DNA of 64,000 nt from a bacterium. GTDB taxonomy: Bacteria; UBA8248; JACPRG01; G963555815. Made by a program: the position numbers and the translations under genes. The stretch spans positions 1,280,001 to 1,344,000 of the forward strand of contig CBDHDG010000006.1 in the NCBI GenBank assembly GCA_965261595.1, in the 5' to 3' direction. The notes under the pieces are model-generated. The model did not search any database. It was not told the DNA's origin and was given only the letters and a program-made list of their open reading frames with translations. Shown here in pieces: positions 9,822 through 20,258 of the stretch; the stretch's first letter is position 1; every line of letters starts with the position of its first letter.

Positions 9822-11225
9822 TCCCCCGCTCTAGGGTTTTGTTGGACACTCGATTGATCCATGATTCATGGAGAAAGGGGTGTCGCGATGAACGAACAAA
9901 AGCAAGAGGGGGCTTTGGCGGAGGGCGCGCGTAGGGCGAACGGAGCCAAGGCCCCAGGGCATCGCAGTGAGCGGGGTCGGTTCTCCTGCCAGCGCAAGCG
10001 GGAGGCGGTCCTGCGTCTTTTGCGGGGCGAGAGCCTGGAGACGCTCTGCCGCGAGTTGGGCACGACAGCGGCTCGGCTTTCCGCCTGGCGCGAGGCGTTC
10101 CTTCGCGGGGGCGAGGCGGCGCTCAAAGCCCGCCCGGCGGATGAGCGGGCCGAGGAGAACGCCCGGCTCAAGGCCAAGGTGGGCGAACTCACGATGGAGG
10201 GCGAGGTCCTGCGGGAGAAGATCGACCGCCTGGAGGCCGGCCGCCCTTTAGCCGGCAGGAGGTGGAGGCGATGAGTCAGGCCCGCTTCACCTCCACGGGC
10301 AGAGCCTACGGCCTGAAGCGGGTGTGCGCCCTTTGGGGCTTGGCGCGCTCCACGGTCTACGCGCAACGGCGGCGAGAGGCGGTCCCCGTTCATGAACGCC
10401 CCACGCCCAATAAGCGCGGCCCTGTGGGCCCGTGCACCGATGCGGAACTCCTCGGCCACATCCTGCAGGTCCTGGAGGACTCTCCCTTCCATGGCGAGGG
10501 CTACCGCAAGGTGTGGGCGAGGCTGCGCTTCGCGGGCATCCGCACCAGCAAGGAGCGGGTGCGTCGCCTGATGCGGGAGGCGGGGCTTCAGGCCCCCCAC
10601 CGGGTGGGCAAACCCCGAGGTCCCAAGGCCCACAACGGGACCATCCGCACCGAGCGGCCCGACCGAATGTGGGGCACGCACATGACGACGACAGTGACCA
10701 CCGAGGAGGGGATGGCCTCGGTGTTCGTGGCGGTGGATCACTGCTCGGTGGACTGCGTGGGGATCCATGCGGCCAAGAGCGGCAACCGCTTCGAGGCCCT
10801 GGAGCCGATCCGGCAGGGGGTCGCCGAGCGCTTCGCCGGCTTGGAGGCGGACGTCGCCGAGGGGCTTAAAGTTCGTCACGACCACGGCCCCGCCTATCTG
10901 TCCGATGACTTTCAGCGGGAGATCGCCTACCTGGGCATGACCAGTTCGCCCAGCTTCGTGCGGGCGCCCGAGGGAAATGGCTACTGTGAGTGGTTCATCC
11001 GCATCTTGAAGGAGAATCTCCTGTGGGTGCGCTCTTTCGCCACCGTAGAGGAACTGCGGTGGGCGCTGCTTGAGTTCAAGAACCTGTATAACCATCATTG
11101 GATTCTCGAGGGCTACGGCTACCGAACGCCGGCCCAGGCAAGGCAGGAAAAACTCGCTCAAGTTGCGGAGGCCGCATGAGGTCGAATACCCTCACCCGAG
11201 TGTCCAATAACCCAGGGGCGGTCCA
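9822..11225 (+). mobile_element. IS3-family element, copy 1 (orfA ~9888-10274, orfB 10271-11179)
   Basis: HTH orfA and rve orfB with ATGA overlap; imperfect IRs TCCCCCGCTCTAGGGTTTTGTTGGACACT / AGTGTCCAATAACCCAGGGGCGGTCCA; first catalytic Asp is His in this copy (WGTHM vs WGTDM). Confidence 0.93.
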
Positions 11226-11264
11226 CGACAGCCCTAAACTGTCCACTGAAACGGAGTAAATCCA
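11226..11264 (+). mobile_element. Orphan right end of the IS3 type found at 20259-21669
   Basis: cgacagccctaaactgtccactgaaacggagtaaatcca matches the reverse complement of 20259-20298. Confidence 0.75.
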
Positions 11265-11267
11265 GTC

Positions 11268-11468
11268 TTGGACGCTGCGGGCGATCTGCTCGTCGCCAAC
11301 GCTGTTAAGGATGGCTTCTTCGAGGACAAACATATCGCTGGCATGGAGTTCGATGTGACCGGTAGCAATGGGTTTCGGAAGAGCTTTCCAATGACGTTTA
11401 CCTATTGGGTAACTGATGCGGGTGTTGAGTCCATCAAGAGGTTTGCCGCAGGGATCGATATTGCGTAA
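11268..11468 (+). pseudogene. 3' fragment of an unknown (possible integron cassette) ORF
   Basis: Coding-like frame begins at the IS end and stops just before an attC-like site. Confidence 0.45.
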
Positions 11469-11474
11469 CCAGGC

Positions 11475-11546
11475 GGCTAACCATTCACTTCAGTTGACGT
11501 GATACGGCCTACGACCTTCGCACGTGGCTGAGTTTAAGCGTTCATC
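11475..11546 (+). other. attC-like integron recombination site
   Basis: GGCTAAC-5 nt-ACTTCAG...ACGTG/CACGT...CTGAGT-6 nt-GTT; canonical 5/6 spacing and an unpaired base in the L box; R' (GTTCATC) is degenerate. Confidence 0.55.
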
Positions 11547-11718
11547 TTGCGAGCCTTCGCAAACGGAGACTTGAAGAGCTACAGGTTTGCCGGGGGAACA
11601 ATAAGCAGAAGTTTTGCCTCCAAGGCGCCATACATGCAGTGGTTAGTGGTGCCGACTCCGTGCCGGTCGCTTTCCGAGGATTCGCGGCGGAGTTCGCAAA
11701 CAAAGCCGGCGTGCGCCG

Positions 11719-12048
11719 TCAACCTGGATTCGCCATCACCGCATCTTTACCTTGCTGCCCGTCAACATGGAGCGTGACTCGCAGACCGCCGTCGAGGGCA
11801 GCAAGCATCTTCATCAGCCGGTCCAGTGTAAACCGCCCCAGGTCCGCGTTGCGAATGCGCGAGAAATCGGCCGCGGCGAAGCGGGTCTGGGCGGCGGCCT
11901 TTCTCACCGAAAACCCGCGGTCGTCCAGCACCGCGATGATCCGGGCCGCGAGAATCGCCTTGGCTTGTTTCAGGTCCGCAAGCGGATCGTCGAGGTCGCG
12001 AAACACATTACCGCTTCCCTCGATTAGTTCGAAATCGCTTTCACTCAT
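11719..12048 (-). CDS. XRE-family HTH antitoxin (HigA/Ata-like)
   Basis: GSGNVFRDL...FSRIRNADLGRFTLDRLMKML; overlaps the toxin stop codon. Confidence 0.85.
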   Translation of the reverse strand: MSESDFELIEGSGNVFRDLDDPLADLKQAKAILAARIIAVLDDRGFSVRKAAAQTRFAAADFSRIRNADLGRFTLDRLMKMLAALDGGLRVTLHVDGQQGKDAVMANPG

Positions 12049-12395
12049 GGTAACAACTCCCTTTTCAGTCGCCTCAGCCGGTCCCTCACCAGATCGATCT
12101 CGGACTTCGGAGTCTTGATCCCCGTTTTCGATTTCTTCCGGAACGCGTGGATCACACATAGCCGTCCCGCAACTTCCGTTACGTAGACGACCCGCCAGGC
12201 ATCGGTTCGGTGCCGCACGGCGATTTCCATGACACCCGGCCCGAAACCCTTCAGCGGTTTCACGATGTCCGCTTTGCCGCCTTCAGCCGCTATCGTCAGT
12301 GCCGTGTTGACGCGATCCCGCACGGTCACGGAGAACGTCTCGAAAACCTTTCGCGCATCCCTGACCCAGCCGATCGGCCGCGTATCTTGGTTCAT
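12045..12395 (-). CDS. RelE/ParE-superfamily toxin (Gp49/HigB/Tad-like)
   Basis: KPLKGFGPGVMEI...WRVVY...VIHAFRKKSKTGIKTPKSEIDL. Confidence 0.88.
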   Translation of the reverse strand: MNQDTRPIGWVRDARKVFETFSVTVRDRVNTALTIAAEGGKADIVKPLKGFGPGVMEIAVRHRTDAWRVVYVTEVAGRLCVIHAFRKKSKTGIKTPKSEIDLVRDRLRRLKRELLP

Positions 12396-12399
12396 TCCG

Positions 12400-12429
12400 T
12401 ATATTGTCATTTATGACTACACATGTCAA
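12400..12429 (-). promoter_or_regulatory. Putative TA promoter with palindromic operator
   Basis: TTGACA on the minus strand (12424-12429); GTCAT-TT-ATGAC palindrome at 12406-12417 just upstream of the toxin ATG. Confidence 0.55.
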
Positions 12430-12678
12430 ACAAGCCAGGCGAGGTGACGCGGGATAGCGGATTCCTACCCCGGACACGGCTGCCGGGGCGCGCAAAACCC
12501 GGCGGTGCCCACTTCCGGCGCCGACCCTCGCGGCACGCGACACCTCATTTCCGTTACCCCGACAGGAAATCGGCTGCAATATTGTCGCCGAACCGTTCCG
12601 CCAACTCCCGCACCGAATCCTGCGCCAGCGTCCCTCGACGCGCAGCCGTGGCATAAATTGCGTTCGGATGACCCACTT

Positions 12679-13926
12679 TCATATCACAGCGGTTTCGGCG
12701 GTAGCGTCCACGTTCATCATGGCATCGATCCTGTCGGCGATGCGTTGTGAGGGCTCGCGGAGCTGCTCCACGGTCCAGTCGGCGGCGTAGCCTTCGGTGA
12801 TGTCATCATCACGGGCGTGGTTGACCAGCCGCTTGGTCAGCGAGCGCGGCAGCATCAGTTCACGCTCCGCCACCGTGATGAAGACATTGCGCAGGCCGTG
12901 GAACCAGAACCGGGTCCCCGCGGCGCGCCCGATATCGACGTAATACTGGTGAATGCCGCCGAGATGGCCCGTCGAACTCATGGAGGAGGGGAACACCCAG
13001 CCGTCCGGGTCCTCTCCGTCCGCCCGGCGGCGCTCGAATATCGCCGCCAGCTGCCGGGTGACGGGAAGCTCCAGCGGCTCTCCGGTCTTGGTCTCCTCGA
13101 CTCGCAGGATACGCCGCTCCAGTTCCAGGCGCTCCCATCTGAGCGAGACGATCTCGCCCAGGCGCATACCGGTATAGACCCCGACCAGGAAGATGTCGCG
13201 GTGCGCGGGCGGAAGCCCGACGGCATCCACACCGGCGCGCCAGCGCGGCAGCACCTCGGAAGGGGCGGAGATGCGCCGCCGCCGCTTGGGGTGGTAGCGC
13301 CCGCCCCCGGCGAGCCAGAGTTCGACCGGGTTGCGCAAGCCCTCGTGATCGACGCAGGACCGGCGATAGATGGAACGCAGCAGTGAAATCGTCTGATTGG
13401 CGCCCGCCCAGCCGTGCTCCTCGGTGATGAGGTTGAACCGTCCCTCAATGTCCCGCCGGGTAATGGCGTCGAGCGGACGGTTGCGCCAGCCGCGGAGATT
13501 GATCCGCATGTTCTGGCGGTAGCGCTCCACCGTCCTTGCCTTGCGGTTGGGGTTGGCGTCCATGTAGTCCTCGAACGCTTCTCCGAGGGTCGGCATTCCC
13601 CGCGCATCTGCGCGTTCAGAGGCGGGGTCGTCCCCTCCGGCGACGCGGCCGAGCAGTTCCTGGGCCATGCGCCGCGCCTTGTCGGGCGTGATGCGCCCGT
13701 AGCGCCCGAGGGTGACGCGCTTGTTGGGCGCCTTGCGCCCGCCGTCTCCGGCGCGGTAGTTGACGACAAAGGTCCTGGTGCCCGTAGGCTGGACGCGGAC
13801 ACCGAAGCCGGTGAGCTTGTCGTCCCATGCGATCCAGGGTTTCTCGGCGGGCTCGAGGGCCTCGACGGTTCGCTTGGTCAGGGTCAGCTTGACTTTGGCG
13901 ATGCGTTTTACGAGGTGGTTTTCCAT
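12679..13926 (-). CDS. P4-like tyrosine integrase with arm-binding domain
   Basis: WDDKLTGFGVRV arm domain; TGMRLGEI, HGLR, LVNH and TEGY catalytic residues intact. Confidence 0.92.
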   Translation of the reverse strand: MENHLVKRIAKVKLTLTKRTVEALEPAEKPWIAWDDKLTGFGVRVQPTGTRTFVVNYRAGDGGRKAPNKRVTLGRYGRITPDKARRMAQELLGRVAGGDDPASERADARGMPTLGEAFEDYMDANPNRKARTVERYRQNMRINLRGWRNRPLDAITRRDIEGRFNLITEEHGWAGANQTISLLRSIYRRSCVDHEGLRNPVELWLAGGGRYHPKRRRRISAPSEVLPRWRAGVDAVGLPPAHRDIFLVGVYTGMRLGEIVSLRWERLELERRILRVEETKTGEPLELPVTRQLAAIFERRRADGEDPDGWVFPSSMSSTGHLGGIHQYYVDIGRAAGTRFWFHGLRNVFITVAERELMLPRSLTKRLVNHARDDDITEGYAADWTVEQLREPSQRIADRIDAMMNVDATAETAVI

Positions 13927-14118
13927 GCGGACATTATAAGCAAACGCGAAAATAGTTCAACCCGATATTCAACACAAGGAAGTAAACTGGTGCCCGGACA
14001 TTCGCACCAATGGCGAGCGGTCCGAGGTGATTATTCCAGTTAACATACTGAAATACATGCATATATGTCGTCATTTGTCTATTCATGTGTATCCGTGACC
14101 AATTCAATTGATAAATGC

Positions 14119-14550
14119 TGGGACGACGTGGACCGCACGGCGGGCGAGTTGAGGCTCAGGGACGCCAAGTCGGGTCCGCGCATGGCGCCCCTAACCGGGC
14201 ACGTGCTGAGAGTGCTTAACGGCATTCCCCGTATCGAAGGCACTCCCTGGGTGCTTGTCGGACAAAGGCCGGGGACCGGTCTGACGAACCTCGACCACTA
14301 CTGGCAACCCATCCGGGCGCAGGCCGGCTTGGATGACGTCCGGATTCACGACATCCGGCACAGCTATGCATCGAGGGCCCTGGCGCTGGGCGAGAGCCTG
14401 CCCGTGATCGGCAAGCTGCTCGGTCACAGTCAAGTATCAACGACAGCACGTTATGCGCACTTGATGCGGGATGCGGAGAAGGAAGCCGCGACCCGGGTGG
14501 GCGACAGCATCGGCGCCCACATCGGGCCGCGGAGCACCGAGGCGGCATGA
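14119..14550 (+). pseudogene. 5'-truncated tyrosine integrase
   Basis: Begins abruptly at WDDVD after an AT-rich stretch; RIHDIRHSYASRALALGESLPVIGKLLGH..TTARYAHL. Confidence 0.85.
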
Positions 14551-14561
14551 GGCTGGATGAC

Positions 14562-15751
14562 ATGGCGAAGCTGGAATACAAGACGCTCTCGAACCGCACG
14601 GTCGAGAAGCTGAAGGTAGAAAAAGACACGGTGTTCTGGGATCACGAGCTCACCGGCTTCGGGATGCGGGTCTATCCCGCGGGCGGCAAGGTCTATGTCG
14701 CCCAGGCCCGGGGACCGGGGGGACCGAAGCGGGTCACGGTGGGCCGGCACGGGGTGCTCGGCGCGGAGCAGGCACGTCAGCGGGCGGCCCTGATCATCGC
14801 CCGGGTCAAGGCCGGCGAGGAGCCGGTGCCCGAGCCCATGGCGGTGAAGCTGTCCGGTGGGCCGACAGTGGGCCAGCTTGCGAGGCGGTTTCTCGAAGAG
14901 CACGTGGCGGTGCGCTACAAGCCGAGCACCATGAAGTCGACTCGCACGGTGGTGAATCGTCATATCGTGCCCGCCCTCGGTCAGCTACCGCTGGAGGCGG
15001 TCAGCCGCGCACGGGTCATGGAGCTGCATGACGAACTCTACGAGACCCCTGTGATGGCGAACATGGTGGTCCGCACCCTGTCGCTGATGTACAGGCTGGC
15101 CGAGAGCTGGGGGCTCGTTCCGGAGGGATGCAACCCCTGCCGGCTGGCGGTCAGGTTTCCGGAGCGCAAGCGGGAAAGGTTTCTGACCGATGGAGAGTTC
15201 ACCCGCCTGGGAAAGGTGCTGGATGAGGTCGAGACCCGGGGCGGCGCGTCGGCATCCGCGGTGACCGCTCTCCGTCTGCTTATGCTGACCGGATGCCGGA
15301 AGAACGAGATCCTGACCCTTCGGTGGGAGGACGTGGCGCTGGATCAGAATGAATTGAGACTGCCCGACGCCAAGACGGGCGCACGGGTGGTTCCATTGTC
15401 GCCCTCGGCGGTGAGGCTTCTTTCCGGTCTGCCGCGAGAACCGGCCAACCCCTGTGTCATTCCCGGGCGGAAGCCGGGCACGCATATGAGCAACGTGGAT
15501 CAGGCCTGGCAGGTCATCTGGGCGAGGGCTGGCCTGGAGGACGTCCGGATCCATGACCTGCGTCACAGCTTTGCGTCCAGGGCCCTGGCGCTGGGGGAGA
15601 GCTTGCCGATGATCGGAAAGCTGTTAGGCCACAGCCAGGTCGAGACCACGGCCCGGTACGCCCATCTGGCGCGGGATTCGGTGCAGGAGGCCGCGGAGCG
15701 AATCGCCGACAGCATCGCGGCCGACATCCTGGGCGAAGGCTGGAGGCCGGC
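14562..15751 (+). CDS. P4-like tyrosine integrase; extreme C-terminus interrupted by IS3 (frame reads through to 15824)
   Basis: FWDHELTGFGMRV, TGCRKNEI, RIHDLRHSFAS, LLGH, TARY. Confidence 0.9.
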
Positions 15752-17013
15752 TGGAGTTACCCCGGTTTGGTGGAGAGTTAAGCACTTGGGTTTTCAGGGT
15801 GTGCGTTGTTGTCTCCTTTCGTAGTTAACGGGTGACAGGTTGTCGATGGAGGAGTGCCGACGACGCGGGTTGTAGAAGCCCTCGATGAACCCGAACACCT
15901 CCATGCGCGCCTCGGCCCGGGTGCGGAAACTGTGGCGAGCGAGGAGCTCGCACTCCAGCGTGGCGAAAAAGCTCTCACACAGCGCGTTGTCGTAGCAGTC
16001 CCCGACCGAACCCATGGAGGGACGCCCGCCCGCCTGCCGGCAGCGCTGCCCAAAGGCGACCGAGGTGTACTGCGTGCCCTGGTCGGAGTGGTGGATGACG
16101 GCCCGGGGACGGCGCTTATACAGCGCCATGTCGAGCGCGTCGAGCACCAACTCGGCCCGCAGGTGTGTGGCCATCGACCACCCCACGATGCGCCGGCTGA
16201 ACGCATCGAGCGCCACGGCCAGATACAAAAACCCCGCCCATGTCGGAACGTAGGTGATGTCGGCCACCCACAGCCGGTCGGGGGCCTCGGCCGTGAAGTT
16301 GCGGTCCACCAGATCAGGGGCCGGCCGCGCCTCCTGCCGGCGCTGCGTCGTGCGCGCTCCCTTGCGCCGACTGACGCCCGCAAGTCCCGCCCCACGCATC
16401 AGCGCCTGGCGACGCGCTTGCGGCCCACACGCACTCCCTCAGCCTCCAGCTCGGCATGGACGCGCGGCACGCCGCAAGTCCCCCGAGAACGCTCGTGGAT
16501 CGCCTGAATGCGTTTGGTGAGCGCCCGATCGGCACACGAGCGGGCACACGGCGCGCGCCTGCACCACGCGTAGTAGCCGCTGGAGGAGACCCCAGCACCC
16601 GGCACATGGTGGCGGTCCGATACATGGCCTGGTTCGCCCTCACGAACCCGTAGATCCGGACGGGATCGAATCGGTCTCCCGAGCAAACCAGGCCGCGGCT
16701 TTTGCCAGGATCTCCCGCTCCTGGCGGAGCTGTCGGTTCTCGCGGCGAAGTCGGCGCAACTCCTCCCGCTCATCGCTCGTGAGCCCGTCTTTGCGACGCC
16801 CCTCGTCGACGTCGGCTTGATGGGCCCAGGTGCGGATCGTCTGCACCGAGGGCTCGAACTCGCGCGCCAGCGCCTCGGGCGTGCGTCCCGCCCAGACCAA
16901 CTCTACCATCTGGCGGCGGAACTCCATTGGATAGCGTGGGTGCAGCCTGCGGCATCGTGAACACCTCCTTTACCCCCAAATCATCAGGTGTCCACCAAAC
17001 CGGGTCAACTCCA
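15752..17013 (-). mobile_element. IS3-family element, degenerate (frameshifts in orfA and orfB)
   Basis: TG...CA ends with IRs TGGAGTT(G/A)(A/C)CCCGGTTTGGTGGA; WVADITY, HHSDQGTQY and DNALCESFF motifs; no TSD. Confidence 0.9.
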
Positions 17014-17325
17014 CTTTTGAAGAGCGGGTCGTCCACGAACCGCAGGTTGCAATCGAAGACGAAAACCTCCATCACGTCGAACTCCTCCTCCATGTCCTCG
17101 AAGACGAACGTAGTGATCTCGCCAGTAAGGTCCGTGAACAGCGCCTGTCTATCGATCTAGATGAGGAACGTCGGCTCGAAGGCGTTCAGGTCCATGCGCT
17201 GGGTCTCTGCTGGGACCACCACCTCGGTGGTCTTTAGCGGCAACTTACCGATGCATGGAAAAAGTGTCGAGAGGATTGACAGTATCGGTTCTGGCGACCG
17301 TCTGCCAAGTCGCCTGAATTCGTGT

Positions 17326-17360
17326 TTGACAAATCTGCGGCACTGCCGCATCTTAAACCT
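17326..17360 (+). promoter_or_regulatory. Putative higBA promoter/operator
   Basis: TTGACA-17 nt-CATCTT with palindrome TGCGGCA-C-TGCCGCA in the spacer; GTG start directly downstream. Confidence 0.55.
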
Positions 17361-17693
17361 GTGCGTGTCTTCGCCACCAAGACGTACGAACGGGCTATCC
17401 GCAAGCTCATGTCGGAAGCGGATCGACATGCCATCGAGGCAGCCATTGTCGCCGATCCGACTGCTGCGCCCGTAATCCGAGGAACCGGCGGGATTCGCAA
17501 GCTGCGCTGGGCTGGATCGGGACGGGGCAAGCGGGGCGGAGTCCGCACGATCTATTTCCATCAATCCGAGCCCGAGACAATCTACCTGCTGACCGCTTAT
17601 GCGAAGGCGGATCGGGACGACCTGAGCCCGGCGGACAAGAAGGTGCTTTCGCGGCTTGTGGCCGCAATCAAGAAGATGGAGGAAAACCGATGA
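17361..17693 (+). CDS. higB: HigB/RelE-family toxin
   Basis: IRGTGGIRKLRWAGSGRGKRGGVRTIYF, IYLLTAYAKADRDDL. Confidence 0.85.
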   Translation: MRVFATKTYERAIRKLMSEADRHAIEAAIVADPTAAPVIRGTGGIRKLRWAGSGRGKRGGVRTIYFHQSEPETIYLLTAYAKADRDDLSPADKKVLSRLVAAIKKMEENR

Positions 17694-17995
17694 CGACTGA
17701 GCGAACCCAAGTGGGACACGAGGTGGAGGAGGCCTTGGGCGAGGTGCTTGCACATTTGCGCGACGAAACGCCGCTTCCTTGCCGAATCGTCGACGATCCG
17801 GCCGCAGAACACATTGTTGCGCTGCGCAAACGCATGAAGCTCAGCCGCAAGAAGTTCGCGGATCGGTTCGGACTAGACGCCCGCGCCGTGCAGGACTGGG
17901 AACAGGGCCGGCGAGTACCGGACCGTGCGGCCCGCGTCCTGCTGACTGTCATCGACCGCGACCCGGAGGCGGTAGTGCGCGCCCTTGACGGGTGA
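17690..17995 (+). CDS. higA: HigA-like XRE HTH antitoxin
   Basis: LSRKKFADRFGL..VQDWEQGRRVPDRAARVLL; ATGA overlap with the toxin. Confidence 0.85.
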   Translation: MTTERTQVGHEVEEALGEVLAHLRDETPLPCRIVDDPAAEHIVALRKRMKLSRKKFADRFGLDARAVQDWEQGRRVPDRAARVLLTVIDRDPEAVVRALDG

Positions 17996-18007
17996 GGGGA
18001 AACGGTA

Positions 18008-18160
18008 ATGATCGAACGCGGCGGCAACGGATTCGCGGACCTGGGACTTCCGGATGCCGACGGGTACCTGCTCCTGGCCGAACTGGTCACGCGGTTAGAC
18101 AAGATCATTCGAGAACTCGGCCTCAAACAGCTCGAGGCGGCGAAGCTGCTCAGGCTGGAA
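18008..18160 (+). pseudogene. Degenerate XRE HTH antitoxin fragment
   Basis: IERGGNGFADLGLPDAD..AELVTRLDKII..LKQLEAAKLL, then similarity is lost. Confidence 0.55.
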
Positions 18161-18301
18161 CTCGCGAATCGATGGCGTGATCGATGGACCCGCCGCCGAC
18201 GCTTCTGGATGTGCTTTCTCGTTGCCGGGATGATTGTAGGAGGGCTGGGGCGTCTCGTGCCGGACCGGACGGTTTTTGGAGCTACGTTGAGGACGACACC
18301 C

Positions 18302-18467
18302 ATGATTACGACGAACGTATTATTCAGAGTCTTCCACATCGCTTGGGGAGATTCTACCGGCACTGCTTTTACCATCGATCATGCCTCCAAGCAGTACCTG
18401 GTCACAGCTCGCCATGTTGTGAAGGGGATTGGTTCCGGAGATAGCATCCGAGTGTTTCACGAAGAGC
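18302..18467 (+). pseudogene. Trypsin-like serine protease N-terminus, truncated by IS
   Basis: GTAFTI...YLVTARHVV (catalytic His motif); GAGGA RBS upstream. Confidence 0.75.
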
Positions 18468-19871
18468 TCCCCCGCTCTAGGGTTTTGTTGGACACTCGAT
18501 TGATCCATGATTCATGGAGAAAGGGGTGTCGCGATGAACGAACAAAAGCAAGAGGGGGCTTTGGCGGAGGGCGCCCGCAGGGCGAACGGAGCCAAGGCCC
18601 CAGGGCATCGCAGTGAGCGGGGTCGGTTCTCCTGCCAGCGCAAGCGGGAGGCGGTCCTGCGTCTTTTGCGGGGCGAGAGCCTGGAGACGCTCTGCCGCGA
18701 GTTGGGCACGACAGCGGCTCGGCTTTCCGCCTGGCGCGAGGCGTTCCTTCGCGGGGGCGAGGCGGCGCTCAAAGCCCGCCCGGCGGATGAGCGGGACGAG
18801 GAGAACGCCCGGCTCAAGGCCAAGGTGGGCGAACTCACGATGGAGGGCGAGGTCCTGCGGGAGAAGATCGACCGCCTGGAGGCCGGCCGCCCTTTAGCCG
18901 GCAGGAGGTGGAGGCGATGAGTCAGGCCCGCTTCACCTCCACGGGCAGAGCCTACGGCCTGAAGCGGGTGTGCGCCCTTTGGGGCTTGGCGCGCTCCACG
19001 GTCTACGCGCAACGGCGGCGAGAGGCGGTCCCCGTTCATGAACGCCCCACGCCCAATAAGCGCGGCCCTGTGGGCCCGTGCACCGATGCGGAACTCCTCG
19101 GCCACATCCGGCAGGTCCTGGAGGACTCTCCCTTCCATGGCGAGGGCTACCGCAAGGTGTGGGCGAGGCTGCGCTTCGCGGGCATCCGCACCAGCAAGGA
19201 GCGGGTGCGTCGCCTGATGCGGGAGGCGGGGCTTCAGGCCCCCCACCGGGTGGGCAAACCCCGAGGTCCCAAGGCCCACAACGGGACCATCCGCACCGAG
19301 CGGCCCGACCGAATGTGGGGCACGGACATGACGACGACGGTGACCACCGAGGAGGGGGTGGCCTCGGTGTTCGTGGCGGTGGATCACTGCTCGGTGGACT
19401 GCGTGGGGATCCATGCGGCCAAGAGCGGCAACCGCTTCGAGGCCCTGGAGCCGATCCGGCAGGGGGTCGCCGAGCGCTTCGCCGGCTTGGAGGCGGACGT
19501 CGCCGAGGGGCTTAAAGTTCGTCACGACCACGGCCCCGCCTATCTGTCCGATGACTTTCAGCGGGAGATCGCCTACCTGGGCATGACCAGTTCGCCCAGC
19601 TTCGTGCGGGCGCCCGAGGGAAATGGCTACTGTGAGTGGTTTATCCGCATCTTGAAGGAGAATCTCCTGTGGGTGCGCTCTTTCGCCACCGTAGAGGAAC
19701 TGCGGTGGGCGCTGCTTGAGTTCAAGAACCTGTACAACCATCATTGGATTCTCGAGGGCTACGGCTACCGAACGCCGGCCCAGGCAAGGCAGGAAAAACT
19801 CGCTCAAGTTGCGGAGGCCGCATGAGGTCGAATACCCTCACCCGAGTGTCCAATAACCCAGGGGCGGTCCA
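18468..19871 (+). mobile_element. IS3-family element, copy 2
   Basis: Near-identical to 9822-11225, same 1404-bp length; no TSD. Confidence 0.93.
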
Positions 19872-19902
19872 GATGGGGGTGCTTCCTTCGACCGGGTCGG
19901 CC

Positions 19903-20258
19903 TGACCTGACCGGCGTTTTTTGTACCAGCAGAAGTGAGAGAGAATCTCACGAAGGAGGAAGCTGGGCATGCCGATCCGAAAGTACAAAGCAGAGCAGAT
20001 TGTGACCTTGCTGCGGCAGATCGAAGTGCAGATGGCAAACGGGAAGACGGCTCCCGAAGGCTGCAAGGAAGCCGGCATCCACACCCAGACTTATTACCGC
20101 TGGCGGAAGGAATATGGAGGGCTGAAGCTGGATCAGGCGAAACGGCTGAAGGAGCTCGAGAAGGAAAATACGCGGTTGAAGCGACTGGTGGCCAAGTTGT
20201 CGCTGGAGAAGCAAGTGCTACGGGACGTAGCCCAGGGAAACTTCTGAGCCCTGAGCGG
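19903..20258 (+). mobile_element. Truncated IS3-family element (IS407-like): left end and orfA 19969-20247
   Basis: TGACCTGACC left end; TYYRWRKEYGG..QAKRLKELEKENTRLKRLVA; GGGAAAC frameshift window, then cut by the next IS. Confidence 0.85.

Noticed and set aside
9866..11161. 431-aa ORF antisense to the IS3 copies (also 18512, 23524, 38776)
   Set aside because: Shadow of orfA/orfB; it recurs only because the IS is repeated
12679..15751. Integron integrase for the attC-like site, or a prophage
   Set aside because: Arm-binding P4-like integrases rather than IntI; no phage structural genes
17014..17300. Acidic minus-strand ORF scrap (DMEEEFDVMEVFVFDCNLRF)
   Set aside because: Too short and broken to assign
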